NCBI GenBank assembly: GCA_048939465.1
Contig: JBHLPL010000091.1
Coordinates: 1-7,847, forward strand
DNA: 7,847 nucleotides
Direction of reading: 5' to 3'
DNA from: Promethearchaeota archaeon
Lineage (GTDB): Archaea; Asgardarchaeota; Odinarchaeia; Odinarchaeales; JBHLKK01
Shown here piece by piece: positions 1 through 6,119 of this stretch. How positions within the stretch are numbered: the stretch's first letter is position 1; each line of letters begins with the position of its first letter. The position numbers and the translations under genes are program-made. The notes beneath the pieces were generated by a model. It saw only the letters and a list, made by a program, of their open reading frames with translations. It did no database searches and had not been told where the DNA came from.

Positions 1-32
1 TATTCTTCGCGCCACACGCACCAACTTGTGCA

Positions 33-46
33 CAAAATTATATAGG
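33..46 (+). promoter_or_regulatory. Putative archaeal promoter (A-rich BRE-like + TATA box) for the prenyltransferase-repeat gene
   Basis: caAAATTATATAGG, with TTATATA at 38-44, about 60 nt upstream of the proposed TTG start at 104. Confidence 0.4.
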
Positions 47-103
47 AAATTCAATAAAAGCTTTCAGGATGCCTACAATATAGTACCTGTAGGGGGTAGA
101 GGA

Positions 104-913
104 TTGGACATTCAAAAGGCAATAGCCTTCATTGAACAAAAAGGAACCAAACTGGAGAGGTATCGGTTGAGGTATTTGCTTGGCAAAGAGAAAGACAGGG
201 ATTTCCCGTTGAGATATTTGAAGGGACTCCAGAACAATGACGGAGGATTCCCCTATGAAGATAGGAGAGGTAAACTGAGCAGCATTAACTCTACGGGCAT
301 CAATCTTGCTCTTATGGTTGAACTAGGATTGAAAGAGTCAGATATCTGCAAGAAAACTGTGAAATATCTTTTAGACGTCCAGCATGAAGATGGGAGCTGG
401 GACGAGAACAAAACAATTAATAAGTACGATCCTCCGTTTTGGAACACTCCCGGGGATTTAAAGACTAAGATGTGGCTGACTGCCAATATCTCGAACTATC
501 TAATTCAACTGAGTTACAAACAATCACAAGCCTTAGAAAAGGCCAAGCAATTTCTCCTCAAAAATAGAGACGAAGAAGGGAAATTTGCAGGCTTTTTACA
601 TTCAACATGGATAGCAATAGGCGTCTTCGGACAATTAGAAGGGATTGATTCCGAAATCGTGAGGAAGGCACTAAAGGTGATGGATCAAAACCTCGATCGT
701 CTGGAGGATGGAGCCTCAGACTTTGTTTGGTTCCTAGAGTGTCTTTATGTTGCCGAAATTTCCAGAGATAATCATCTGGTTCGGAAGTGTATAGACAAGC
801 TGAATGAGCTACAGAGAACTGATGGAGCATGGCCTTCAGGGAATGGAGAGAAATACACAGCTTCCACGACTCTGGCTGCATTAAGGATTCTGAAGATGTA
901 CGAAGTCTGGTAG
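104..913 (+). CDS. Prenyltransferase/squalene-oxidase repeat (QW-motif, alpha/alpha-barrel) protein, about 269 aa
   Basis: Four QW-like repeats: LKGLQNNDGGFP, LLDVQHEDGSWD, LLKNRDEEGKF, LNELQRTDGAWP. The ORF track starts at 26, but TTG at 104 (MDIQKAIAFI...) follows an SD-like GGGGGT at 92-97, and the upstream part of the ORF overlaps the TATA box. Confidence 0.8.
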   Translation: MDIQKAIAFIEQKGTKLERYRLRYLLGKEKDRDFPLRYLKGLQNNDGGFPYEDRRGKLSSINSTGINLALMVELGLKESDICKKTVKYLLDVQHEDGSWDENKTINKYDPPFWNTPGDLKTKMWLTANISNYLIQLSYKQSQALEKAKQFLLKNRDEEGKFAGFLHSTWIAIGVFGQLEGIDSEIVRKALKVMDQNLDRLEDGASDFVWFLECLYVAEISRDNHLVRKCIDKLNELQRTDGAWPSGNGEKYTASTTLAALRILKMYEVW

Positions 914-1031
914 GAATATTGGTTATGAGGATGTTCCTTAGGTTGGGACTCAAGGAATAGAGAACTCATATCGAAGAACCGCAAAAAAATTGGCCCAAAG
1001 ACTCATGAAATGATTATCCTATTTCCTTTGG

Positions 1032-1047
1032 AACGCAGCTTTGCGTT
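1032..1047. terminator. Hairpin between convergent genes, possible terminator
   Basis: AACGCA-gctt-TGCGTT (6-bp stem). A second small hairpin, CTCCA-cact-TGGAG at 1082-1095, lies just after the SHMT-like stop codon. Confidence 0.3.
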
Positions 1048-1102
1048 TGATTCTCATTCCTGATTCCTTACTCGGTTCGGACTCCACACTTGGAGGCTTG
1101 CC

Positions 1103-2299
1103 TTAACTCTCAACATCGAAACGATAGTGAACCTCTTGAAATTGCTTTGTGAGCTTGTGTACTTGCCTCTTGATCAGCTTCGAAGGCACTTGCTCGACCA
1201 AAAGCTTGCTGATTAGTTCTGCTATCTGAACCATCTTCTCCTCACGCATTCCACGTCTTGTGACTTCTTGAGTTCCTAGACGTACACCGGCATCTGCGAT
1301 AATGTCTGCTTCCTCGAGGTGATCGCGAATCTGATGGCCATGTTCTGGTTTTTCCATTTCGAGGAGAACTTGGTGGGACTTAGTATATCCTTGGGTTGCA
1401 CCTACAATGCTGATGCCGCGTTCATGAAGATTTCGTGCTAAGGTCTGAGCGTTTCCTACAACCTGTTGAGCATAAGCTTTGCCGAAACGAAGCATCTCAG
1501 CCAACGCCATAGCAAGAGCTGCGACCCGGTGATGGTGATAGTTATCGACCAAGACTGGAGGAGATCGGAGAGTTAAATCAATCTTTTCAGCCAGCTCCAT
1601 GTCCTCTCGAACAAGCAGAATCCCTCCTTGTGGTCCCGGAAAAGTCTTATGCGTGCTCCCCAAGAGTATATCGGCACCTTCCTTAAAGGGATTTTGAAAC
1701 TGTTCACCTGCTATCAGGCCAAGCACGTGTGATCCGTCATAAGCTAGCGTTGTGCCCACACTGCTGGCTACCTCTGCCAACTCTTTAACAGGATGCGGAA
1801 ACGGAAACAGACTGGCCCCCAAAATGGCTAGCTTTGGCCGAACCTGCTCCAGAAGCTCGATAGCCCCCTCTGAATTCATGGTAAACCGATCCTCGTGGTA
1901 GGGGAAGTAATGTAGGTCCAGAGGGAACCGAGCCTGCAGGTTAAGAGGATAACCTCCATTTTCAAAGCTGGAAATCAAAATCGAATCGCCCGGCTCACAT
2001 AACCCCATCACGACGGCCATCAGCGATAGATGACCAGATAAGGGTCTCACATTTGCATATTTTGCACTGAAGAGGTCTTTTGCTGCTTCCGCAGCCAGTT
2101 TTTCCACTTCTTCAGTGTATTTCTGTCCTCCGTACCAAGGTTCATCCCAGGCGTAACGATGTCCGAAATCTGATGCCAGCATACGACGGACTTGCGGACT
2201 GGTAATATTTTCTGACGGAATCAGATTGAGAGAACGAGCACGCCATTCTTCGTGCTGGTTAAGAAGTTGAAGAAGTCTGTCGGAGATTTTGGAACCCAT
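1103..2299 (-). CDS. glyA: Serine hydroxymethyltransferase-like PLP-dependent enzyme (archaeal type, divergent), 398 aa
   Basis: SHMT motifs in the expected order: LNLIPSEN, SDFGHRYA, YGG, ANVRPLSG, YDGSHVLGLIAG, GSTHKTFPGPQGG (PLP lysine), HRVAALA, GVRLGTQEVTRRG. Start set at ATG 2299 (MGSKISD) because GTGGTG lies just upstream. The fold and family are secure; true SHMT activity is doubtful (see findings). Confidence 0.85.
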   Translation of the reverse strand: MGSKISDRLLQLLNQHEEWRARSLNLIPSENITSPQVRRMLASDFGHRYAWDEPWYGGQKYTEEVEKLAAEAAKDLFSAKYANVRPLSGHLSLMAVVMGLCEPGDSILISSFENGGYPLNLQARFPLDLHYFPYHEDRFTMNSEGAIELLEQVRPKLAILGASLFPFPHPVKELAEVASSVGTTLAYDGSHVLGLIAGEQFQNPFKEGADILLGSTHKTFPGPQGGILLVREDMELAEKIDLTLRSPPVLVDNYHHHRVAALAMALAEMLRFGKAYAQQVVGNAQTLARNLHERGISIVGATQGYTKSHQVLLEMEKPEHGHQIRDHLEEADIIADAGVRLGTQEVTRRGMREEKMVQIAELISKLLVEQVPSKLIKRQVHKLTKQFQEVHYRFDVES

Positions 2300-2332
2300 C
2301 TTAAAACACCACAAACAGCTTCCTTTACTCTT

Positions 2333-2917
2333 TCATTTCGTATTGATTTTTCTACATCTTAGATGAAAGATTTCTTTTTCTGATATACTTTCTAATACTT
2401 CAAATCCTGAATTTGCAGTCTTAGCCTTGAAATACTCAATATCCTGTTCTTTGTTCCATCGTGTTCCATAACCAGTTGAGATCATTTTATCCTTGATTTT
2501 AACCTTAAGCTTAATGCCGAAGATGTCTTTTTTTCCATCAAACCTTTTTGGAATAGTCAGATCCCATAGGAAAAAGTCCCCATTGGGTTTTAGAACTCTA
2601 TGAATCTCTTGCAAGACCTTTCCGTGATCAGAAGGCATCATGTACATCATCGAAAAGAAGGCAGTAACAGTATCGAACGTCTCTTCCAAGAACTTCAATT
2701 CTCTGGCATCCATAACTATCTTTAGACTCCTTTTGTCTCCGTTGTCAATCGCTTCTTCCAGCTCACTCCTGCGGATATCTATAGAAACTACTTTCTCTCC
2801 TCCAAGCTGACCTATCACCCCCTCACCTCCGCCTCCGATATCCAATATTCTTCCACTTAATTCAATATTCGACAGGTCAACGACTTGCTCTCCCATAACA
2901 AGAACCTTCTCTTCCAT
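2333..2917 (-). CDS. Class I SAM-dependent methyltransferase, 194 aa
   Basis: Motif I ILDIGGGGEG, post-I VVSIDI, motif II region MDARELKFLEETFDTV, and VLKPNGDF. GGAGGG RBS at 2929-2924. Only 33 nt separate it from the SHMT-like start, so the two are probably co-transcribed. Confidence 0.9.
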   Translation of the reverse strand: MEEKVLVMGEQVVDLSNIELSGRILDIGGGGEGVIGQLGGEKVVSIDIRRSELEEAIDNGDKRSLKIVMDARELKFLEETFDTVTAFFSMMYMMPSDHGKVLQEIHRVLKPNGDFFLWDLTIPKRFDGKKDIFGIKLKVKIKDKMISTGYGTRWNKEQDIEYFKAKTANSGFEVLESISEKEIFHLRCRKINTK

Positions 2918-2941
2918 TACTTTCCCTCCAAATCGGTAACT

Positions 2942-2975
2942 GGAAAAATATATTATAGGTCATGCAATTATTAAG
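2942..2975. promoter_or_regulatory. Divergent promoter region between the two methyltransferases
   Basis: GGAAAAA-TATATTATA (TATA 2949-2957) suits the + gene. AATTATTAAG at 2966-2975 (TTAATAATT on the - strand) suits the - gene. Confidence 0.45.
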
Positions 2976-3004
2976 ATATGGGCCGCTCGTAGAGGGGAAT
3001 AAGA

Positions 3005-3817
3005 ATGGTGGATAGAGAAGAAGAGTCGGACTGGACGAAGGAGCTTTTCGAGAAGTGTCCAGAGCTATACCTTGAAACATTGGAAGAACGTATCTCTCAA
3101 GCGAGGGGGGAAGTCGATATTCTATTGATGTATCTGAAGGAACAAGGATTCAGGGCGAAGAACATCCTAGATCTCAACTGCGGTATCGGTAGACATTCGA
3201 TAGAATTGGGAAAACAAGGGGTTGATGTGCTGGGAACGGACCTATCGCCGTATTATGTTGAGATTGCCAAGCTAAGAGCAGAAAAGGAGAGCCTGAGCGA
3301 TAAGGTGGTTTTTCGCGTCGCAGATATGCGAGAAATTGCAGAAGTTCTTTCTGATGAGGAACCGTTTGACGGAATAATCAACCTTTTCACCTCATTTGGC
3401 TTCTACGACGATGCAACTAATGATGATATTCTGCGCCAGTGTTGCCAGCTTGTAAGACCTGGAGGATTCTTCTTCCTAGAAATGATTAATAGGGATTGGG
3501 TTGTCAACAACTTCCAGGAACGAGGCTTCTCCTGGTTTAAGAATATGGTTGTTCTAGCAGATAGCCGTTTTGATCCGAATACTTCACGTATGTATGACAT
3601 ATGGACGTTTCTGGTAAGACAGGATGATGCGCGTTTCATTCTTGAAAAGCAGATCACGATAGATCATCGTATTTGGAGCCTCCATGAGCTTATTGAGACG
3701 TTTGATAAAACTGGCTGGCAGTTTAAGGCCGTATATCCGGGATTTCATGAGCAACGGAGCGACGTTCCCATATTGGAGACGAAACACATGCTGTTTGTTG
3801 GAAAGAAGCAGAAGTGA
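3005..3817 (+). CDS. Class I SAM-dependent methyltransferase, 270 aa
   Basis: ILDLNCGIGRHSIELG (motif I), VLGTDLS, VADMRE, FDGIINLFTSFGFY, LVRPGGFFFLEMINRD. GAGGGG RBS at 2992-2997. Confidence 0.92.
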   Translation: MVDREEESDWTKELFEKCPELYLETLEERISQARGEVDILLMYLKEQGFRAKNILDLNCGIGRHSIELGKQGVDVLGTDLSPYYVEIAKLRAEKESLSDKVVFRVADMREIAEVLSDEEPFDGIINLFTSFGFYDDATNDDILRQCCQLVRPGGFFFLEMINRDWVVNNFQERGFSWFKNMVVLADSRFDPNTSRMYDIWTFLVRQDDARFILEKQITIDHRIWSLHELIETFDKTGWQFKAVYPGFHEQRSDVPILETKHMLFVGKKQK

Positions 3818-3979
3818 ATCAAAAAAGCAATGCGGGATTGACCCCTCTTTTTCAGAAAAGATCTCTAGTTTGCCAAGTGGTTTTTGATTCTTGTGCGTCG
3901 AGTCTTCCACGATTCTCTTTCGGACAACCCTGTTATCGGATTATTGAAGAGTCGCGAAAGAAGATAGCGTGCTTATTCC

Positions 3980-4005
3980 AAAAAAGGCATCAGTTATTTT
4001 GCCTT
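3980..4005 (-). terminator. Hairpin followed by T-run downstream of the RHH gene
   Basis: The - strand reads AAGGCA-aaataactga-TGCCTT-TTTT, about 30 nt after the stop codon at 4034. Confidence 0.45.
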
Positions 4006-4033
4006 GCTGAGGTTAGAAACAAAGATTGGGTAA

Positions 4034-4219
4034 CTAGTCAGCAGGTTCAGAGTCGAGTTCCTTTTCCAGTTTCTCTAAGTGCTTTGTTACCGCTGCACGA
4101 ATTAGGTCTGCTCGGGAAGAATATCCATACTTAGCGACTATTCTACGATGTCTGATGATTTTATCAATATACTTTATCATTTCTGTTGGCAATGCGATTG
4201 TTGTATGTTCTCTGGGCAT
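4034..4219 (-). CDS. Ribbon-helix-helix (CopG/Arc/MetJ-type) transcriptional regulator, 61 aa
   Basis: MPREHTTIALPTEMIKYIDKII...YGYSSRADLIRAAVTKHL fits the RHH pattern (alternating beta-strand, helix, G-x-S-R-x-x-L-I-R-x-A). ATG 4219 has an AGGTG RBS 6 nt upstream, so it is preferred over 4246. Confidence 0.85.
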   Translation of the reverse strand: MPREHTTIALPTEMIKYIDKIIRHRRIVAKYGYSSRADLIRAAVTKHLEKLEKELDSEPAD

Positions 4220-4258
4220 TCCAAACACCTTTAGAATTAGCATCAATACAACCTACGA

Positions 4259-4273
4259 TATATAAATCTTTTC
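4259..4273 (-). promoter_or_regulatory. Archaeal promoter (BRE + TATA) for the RHH gene
   Basis: The - strand reads GAAAAGA-TTTATATA, 40 nt upstream of the ATG at 4219. Confidence 0.65.
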
Positions 4274-4419
4274 CGATGAACTGAACTGTCTAATCAACTG
4301 GCCTGAAGTTCTTTGAATAGAAAAACTTATTTGTTACTTCACGCATAATTATTTTAGCAAACATATTTGTGATACCTTTGTTACGAACCGCAGTATTCAT
4401 GCATTGAAACAGCATCGCC

Positions 4420-4460
4420 GGGGAGAGGGGAGAGGGGGAAAACCAAAAAGTCCCTTTTGG
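4420..4460 (-). terminator. Hairpin plus pyrimidine tract downstream of the first Lrp gene
   Basis: The - strand reads CCAAAA-gggact-TTTTGG, then TTTTCCCCCTCTCCCCTCTCCCC, starting about 40 nt after the stop codon at 4501. Confidence 0.35.
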
Positions 4461-4500
4461 CAAGCTTTCTTGTGTCTTTGACGGAGTGCTGAAGAGAGTC

Positions 4501-4944
4501 TCAGAGAAGCCTGAAGTCTTCTTTTATTGTGTTCAAGACAACCCGAGTATTTGTTCTTTCAACATATTCCATGTTAAGGATTTCTTTGATGAATCTGTTC
4601 AATTCCTTTCGTGTTTTGAACTTCGCCAAGACCATGGCATCAGTTGTGCCTGTGACGTCATAGACTGCTAAAACATTCCTGGATTTCGCGATCTCCTTCT
4701 CAACTTCTATTAATTTGCCCTTGGATATAGTCAGTTCTATGATTGCGGCTATATCGTAGCCAAGCTTCTCATGATCGTAAACGGTGGTGAAGTACTTTAT
4801 TATACCTTGATTTTGCAGGTTGCTCATTCTTGTGATTACGGTATTTGTTGATATACCGATGTTTTGACCTATTTTTCGGTAGGATAATCTTGCATCTGAG
4901 GAGAGCAATTTCATTATCTTAACATCTGTTTCGTCAAGACTCAT
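4501..4944 (-). CDS. Lrp/AsnC family transcriptional regulator, 147 aa
   Basis: N-terminal HTH LDETDVKIMKLLSSDARLSYRKIGQNIGISTNTVITRMSNLQNQGII. C-terminal RAM domain VYDVTGTTDAMVLAKF...VERTNTRVVL. AGGTGAT RBS at 4956-4950. Confidence 0.96.
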   Translation of the reverse strand: MSLDETDVKIMKLLSSDARLSYRKIGQNIGISTNTVITRMSNLQNQGIIKYFTTVYDHEKLGYDIAAIIELTISKGKLIEVEKEIAKSRNVLAVYDVTGTTDAMVLAKFKTRKELNRFIKEILNMEYVERTNTRVVLNTIKEDFRLL

Positions 4945-5022
4945 TCTGCATCACCTGAATTAGACATTCATCGTGTGACATTATCGATGTCTCTACATTC
5001 ATATATTTTTCTCTAAACAGAA

Positions 5023-5048
5023 TTTATATACATCCCAAGTTTATTAAA
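5023..5048. promoter_or_regulatory. TATA boxes in the divergent intergenic region between Lrp and the microprotein operon
   Basis: TTTATATA at 5023-5030 (usable in either direction) and TTTATTAAA at 5040-5048. Confidence 0.45.
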
Positions 5049-5078
5049 CATAATGAAGAAATGTATTCTGGGAATTGT

Positions 5079-5102
5079 AATATGAGGACAGATCCTCATA
5101 TT
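5079..5102. repeat. Perfect 10-bp inverted repeat with a 4-bp spacer; operator or 5'-UTR hairpin
   Basis: AATATGAGGA-caga-TCCTCATATT. The arms are exact reverse complements. Confidence 0.8.
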
Positions 5103-5143
5103 CGAAAACTCCTAAATCAATAGATGCCAGAGGTGGTATTAAT

Positions 5144-5371
5144 ATGGAAATTCAAACTATAAAATCAATAATCTTAGATGTACTAGGTTTTTTCAAACCA
5201 GGTGGTGACCTCGTTACTGTGGAATACTTCTCGCGCTTTGCTGAAGGATGTAAACATTGTGAATTGTATGATGCATTGGAGTCTTTAGTGGAAGAGAAGA
5301 TTGTAAGCAAGGAGACTGGTGGTTTCCTAAGGCATTATCCTGGCTATCGCCTAAGTACGAAAACGGGGTGA
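5144..5371 (+). CDS. Small hypothetical protein, 75 aa, possibly winged-helix
   Basis: GAGGTG RBS at 5130-5135. The C-terminal LYDALESLVEEKIVSKETGG...YRL resembles a wHTH recognition helix plus wing. Contains CKHC. Confidence 0.65.
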   Translation: MEIQTIKSIILDVLGFFKPGGDLVTVEYFSRFAEGCKHCELYDALESLVEEKIVSKETGGFLRHYPGYRLSTKTG

Positions 5372-5556
5372 TAGGTATACATCTTTGTGAGGATCCTTGG
5401 ATATGTGGCTGCGGAGGCAGTCGAGGTATTTCAGAGGAACTAGCAGGTGAAAAATCAGGAGAAGTAGTTGGATATATGACTGAATGCAATAAATGTGGCA
5501 GGACGGCTTTCCTATCCGCATCTTTCTTGGAATCATATTACAAAATCCGATACTGA
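5368..5556 (+). CDS. Small zinc-ribbon-like protein, 62 aa
   Basis: Two Cys knuckles, WICGCGG and ECNKCG, 25 residues apart. The GTG start overlaps the upstream TGA (GTGA), typical of translational coupling. Confidence 0.6.
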   Translation: MIGIHLCEDPWICGCGGSRGISEELAGEKSGEVVGYMTECNKCGRTAFLSASFLESYYKIRY

Positions 5557-5871
5557 CTTGTTCTTAAACCAGTGACATCCAGCTACCGGAGCGCCAAAGA
5601 CTGGGTTCTAAGACCCCTCAGTCATGTTGATGTTTCGCAGATATCAGTCAATCGAGAGCTGGTTTTGAATTACTTCCTTTTCCCGCCGGTCATCTCTGGC
5701 AAGATTCCTTACTAAACTCTCAAGACTAGTATCTTCTAATTATCCGCTATTTCTCAAATCTCAGAACGCCAAGATACGGTGCGACAGGAGGAAAGAACTT
5801 AGCGTGGTAACATCGTCAATTGATACATTTTTGCCAAGAATTAAATCAGAATGTTATCTTTTCACCATTGG

Positions 5872-5880
5872 TTAAATATA
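5872..5880 (+). promoter_or_regulatory. Putative TATA box for the basic-microprotein pair
   Basis: TTAAATATA, about 27 nt upstream of the GGGGGTGA RBS and about 43 nt upstream of ATG 5923. Confidence 0.45.
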
Positions 5881-5922
5881 ATTTGGTATTTTCTCTTAAC
5901 GTAAGTGGGGGTGAATTGAAAT

Positions 5923-6099
5923 ATGCCTCGTAAGAGGCAAAAAAGCAGGGCAGCAATCATAGGAATGAACACGTTAGAATTCAAAGGTGCCTATGGACTT
6001 ACGGATAAAGAAAAATCAGGAAATCCGGGATTAAGGAAGACAATCTTCTTTCGTTCACTAAAGAAGACCAAGAGACGATCCGCCCCTTTGATACATTAA
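5923..6099 (+). CDS. Unannotated basic microprotein, 58 aa
   Basis: Translated by hand: MPRKRQKSRAAIIGMNTLEFKGAYGLTDKEKSGNPGLRKTIFFRSLKKTKRRSAPLIH*. GGGGGTGA RBS at 5907-5914, 8 nt before the ATG, with a TATA box upstream. Confidence 0.6.
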   Translation: MPRKRQKSRAAIIGMNTLEFKGAYGLTDKEKSGNPGLRKTIFFRSLKKTKRRSAPLIH

Positions 6100-6119
6100 G
6101 AATGGAGGGGATGATATAA

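Noticed and set aside
26-103. N-terminal extension of the first ORF (TTG 26)
   Set aside because: It overlaps the TATA box and has no RBS; TTG 104 has an SD and starts a plausible first helix.
253-984. Minus-strand ORFs 253-486, 558-953 and 772-984
   Set aside because: Antisense shadows of the prenyltransferase-repeat gene, with no motifs or RBS.
908-1003. Protein-like + strand frame GRNIGYEDVP*VGTQGIENSYRRTAKKLAQRLMK* with an in-frame TAG
   Set aside because: No start or RBS, about 30 codons, no recognisable family, and no sign of pyrrolysine machinery in the window. At most a remnant.
1070-1100. GGTTCGGACTCC resembling a tRNA T-arm
   Set aside because: No acceptor, D or anticodon stems can be formed.
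3816-3890. 10-bp inverted repeat GAATCAAAAA ... TTTTTGATTC, 55 nt apart
   Set aside because: Low-complexity arms, one overlapping the methyltransferase stop codon, no clear target-site duplication; too weak to call a MITE.
2877-4134. Track ORFs 2877-3080(-), 3403-3657(-), 3584-3910(-), 3684-3887(+) and 3814-4134(+)
   Set aside because: They overlap well-supported genes in other frames or strands and lack motifs and RBSs.
4403-4410. ATTGAAAC (and ATTGAAAT at 5915-5922), resembling CRISPR repeat 3' ends
   Set aside because: Isolated octamers with no repeat-spacer periodicity and no cas genes.
4290-4415. Minus-strand 36-41 codon ORF (MNTAVRNKGITNMFAKII...)
   Set aside because: No RBS, preceded by a pyrimidine tract, no recognisable features.
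4486-5536. Track ORFs 4486-4671(+), 5214-5489(-) and 5351-5536(-)
   Set aside because: Antisense to the Lrp gene or to the RBS-supported microprotein pair.
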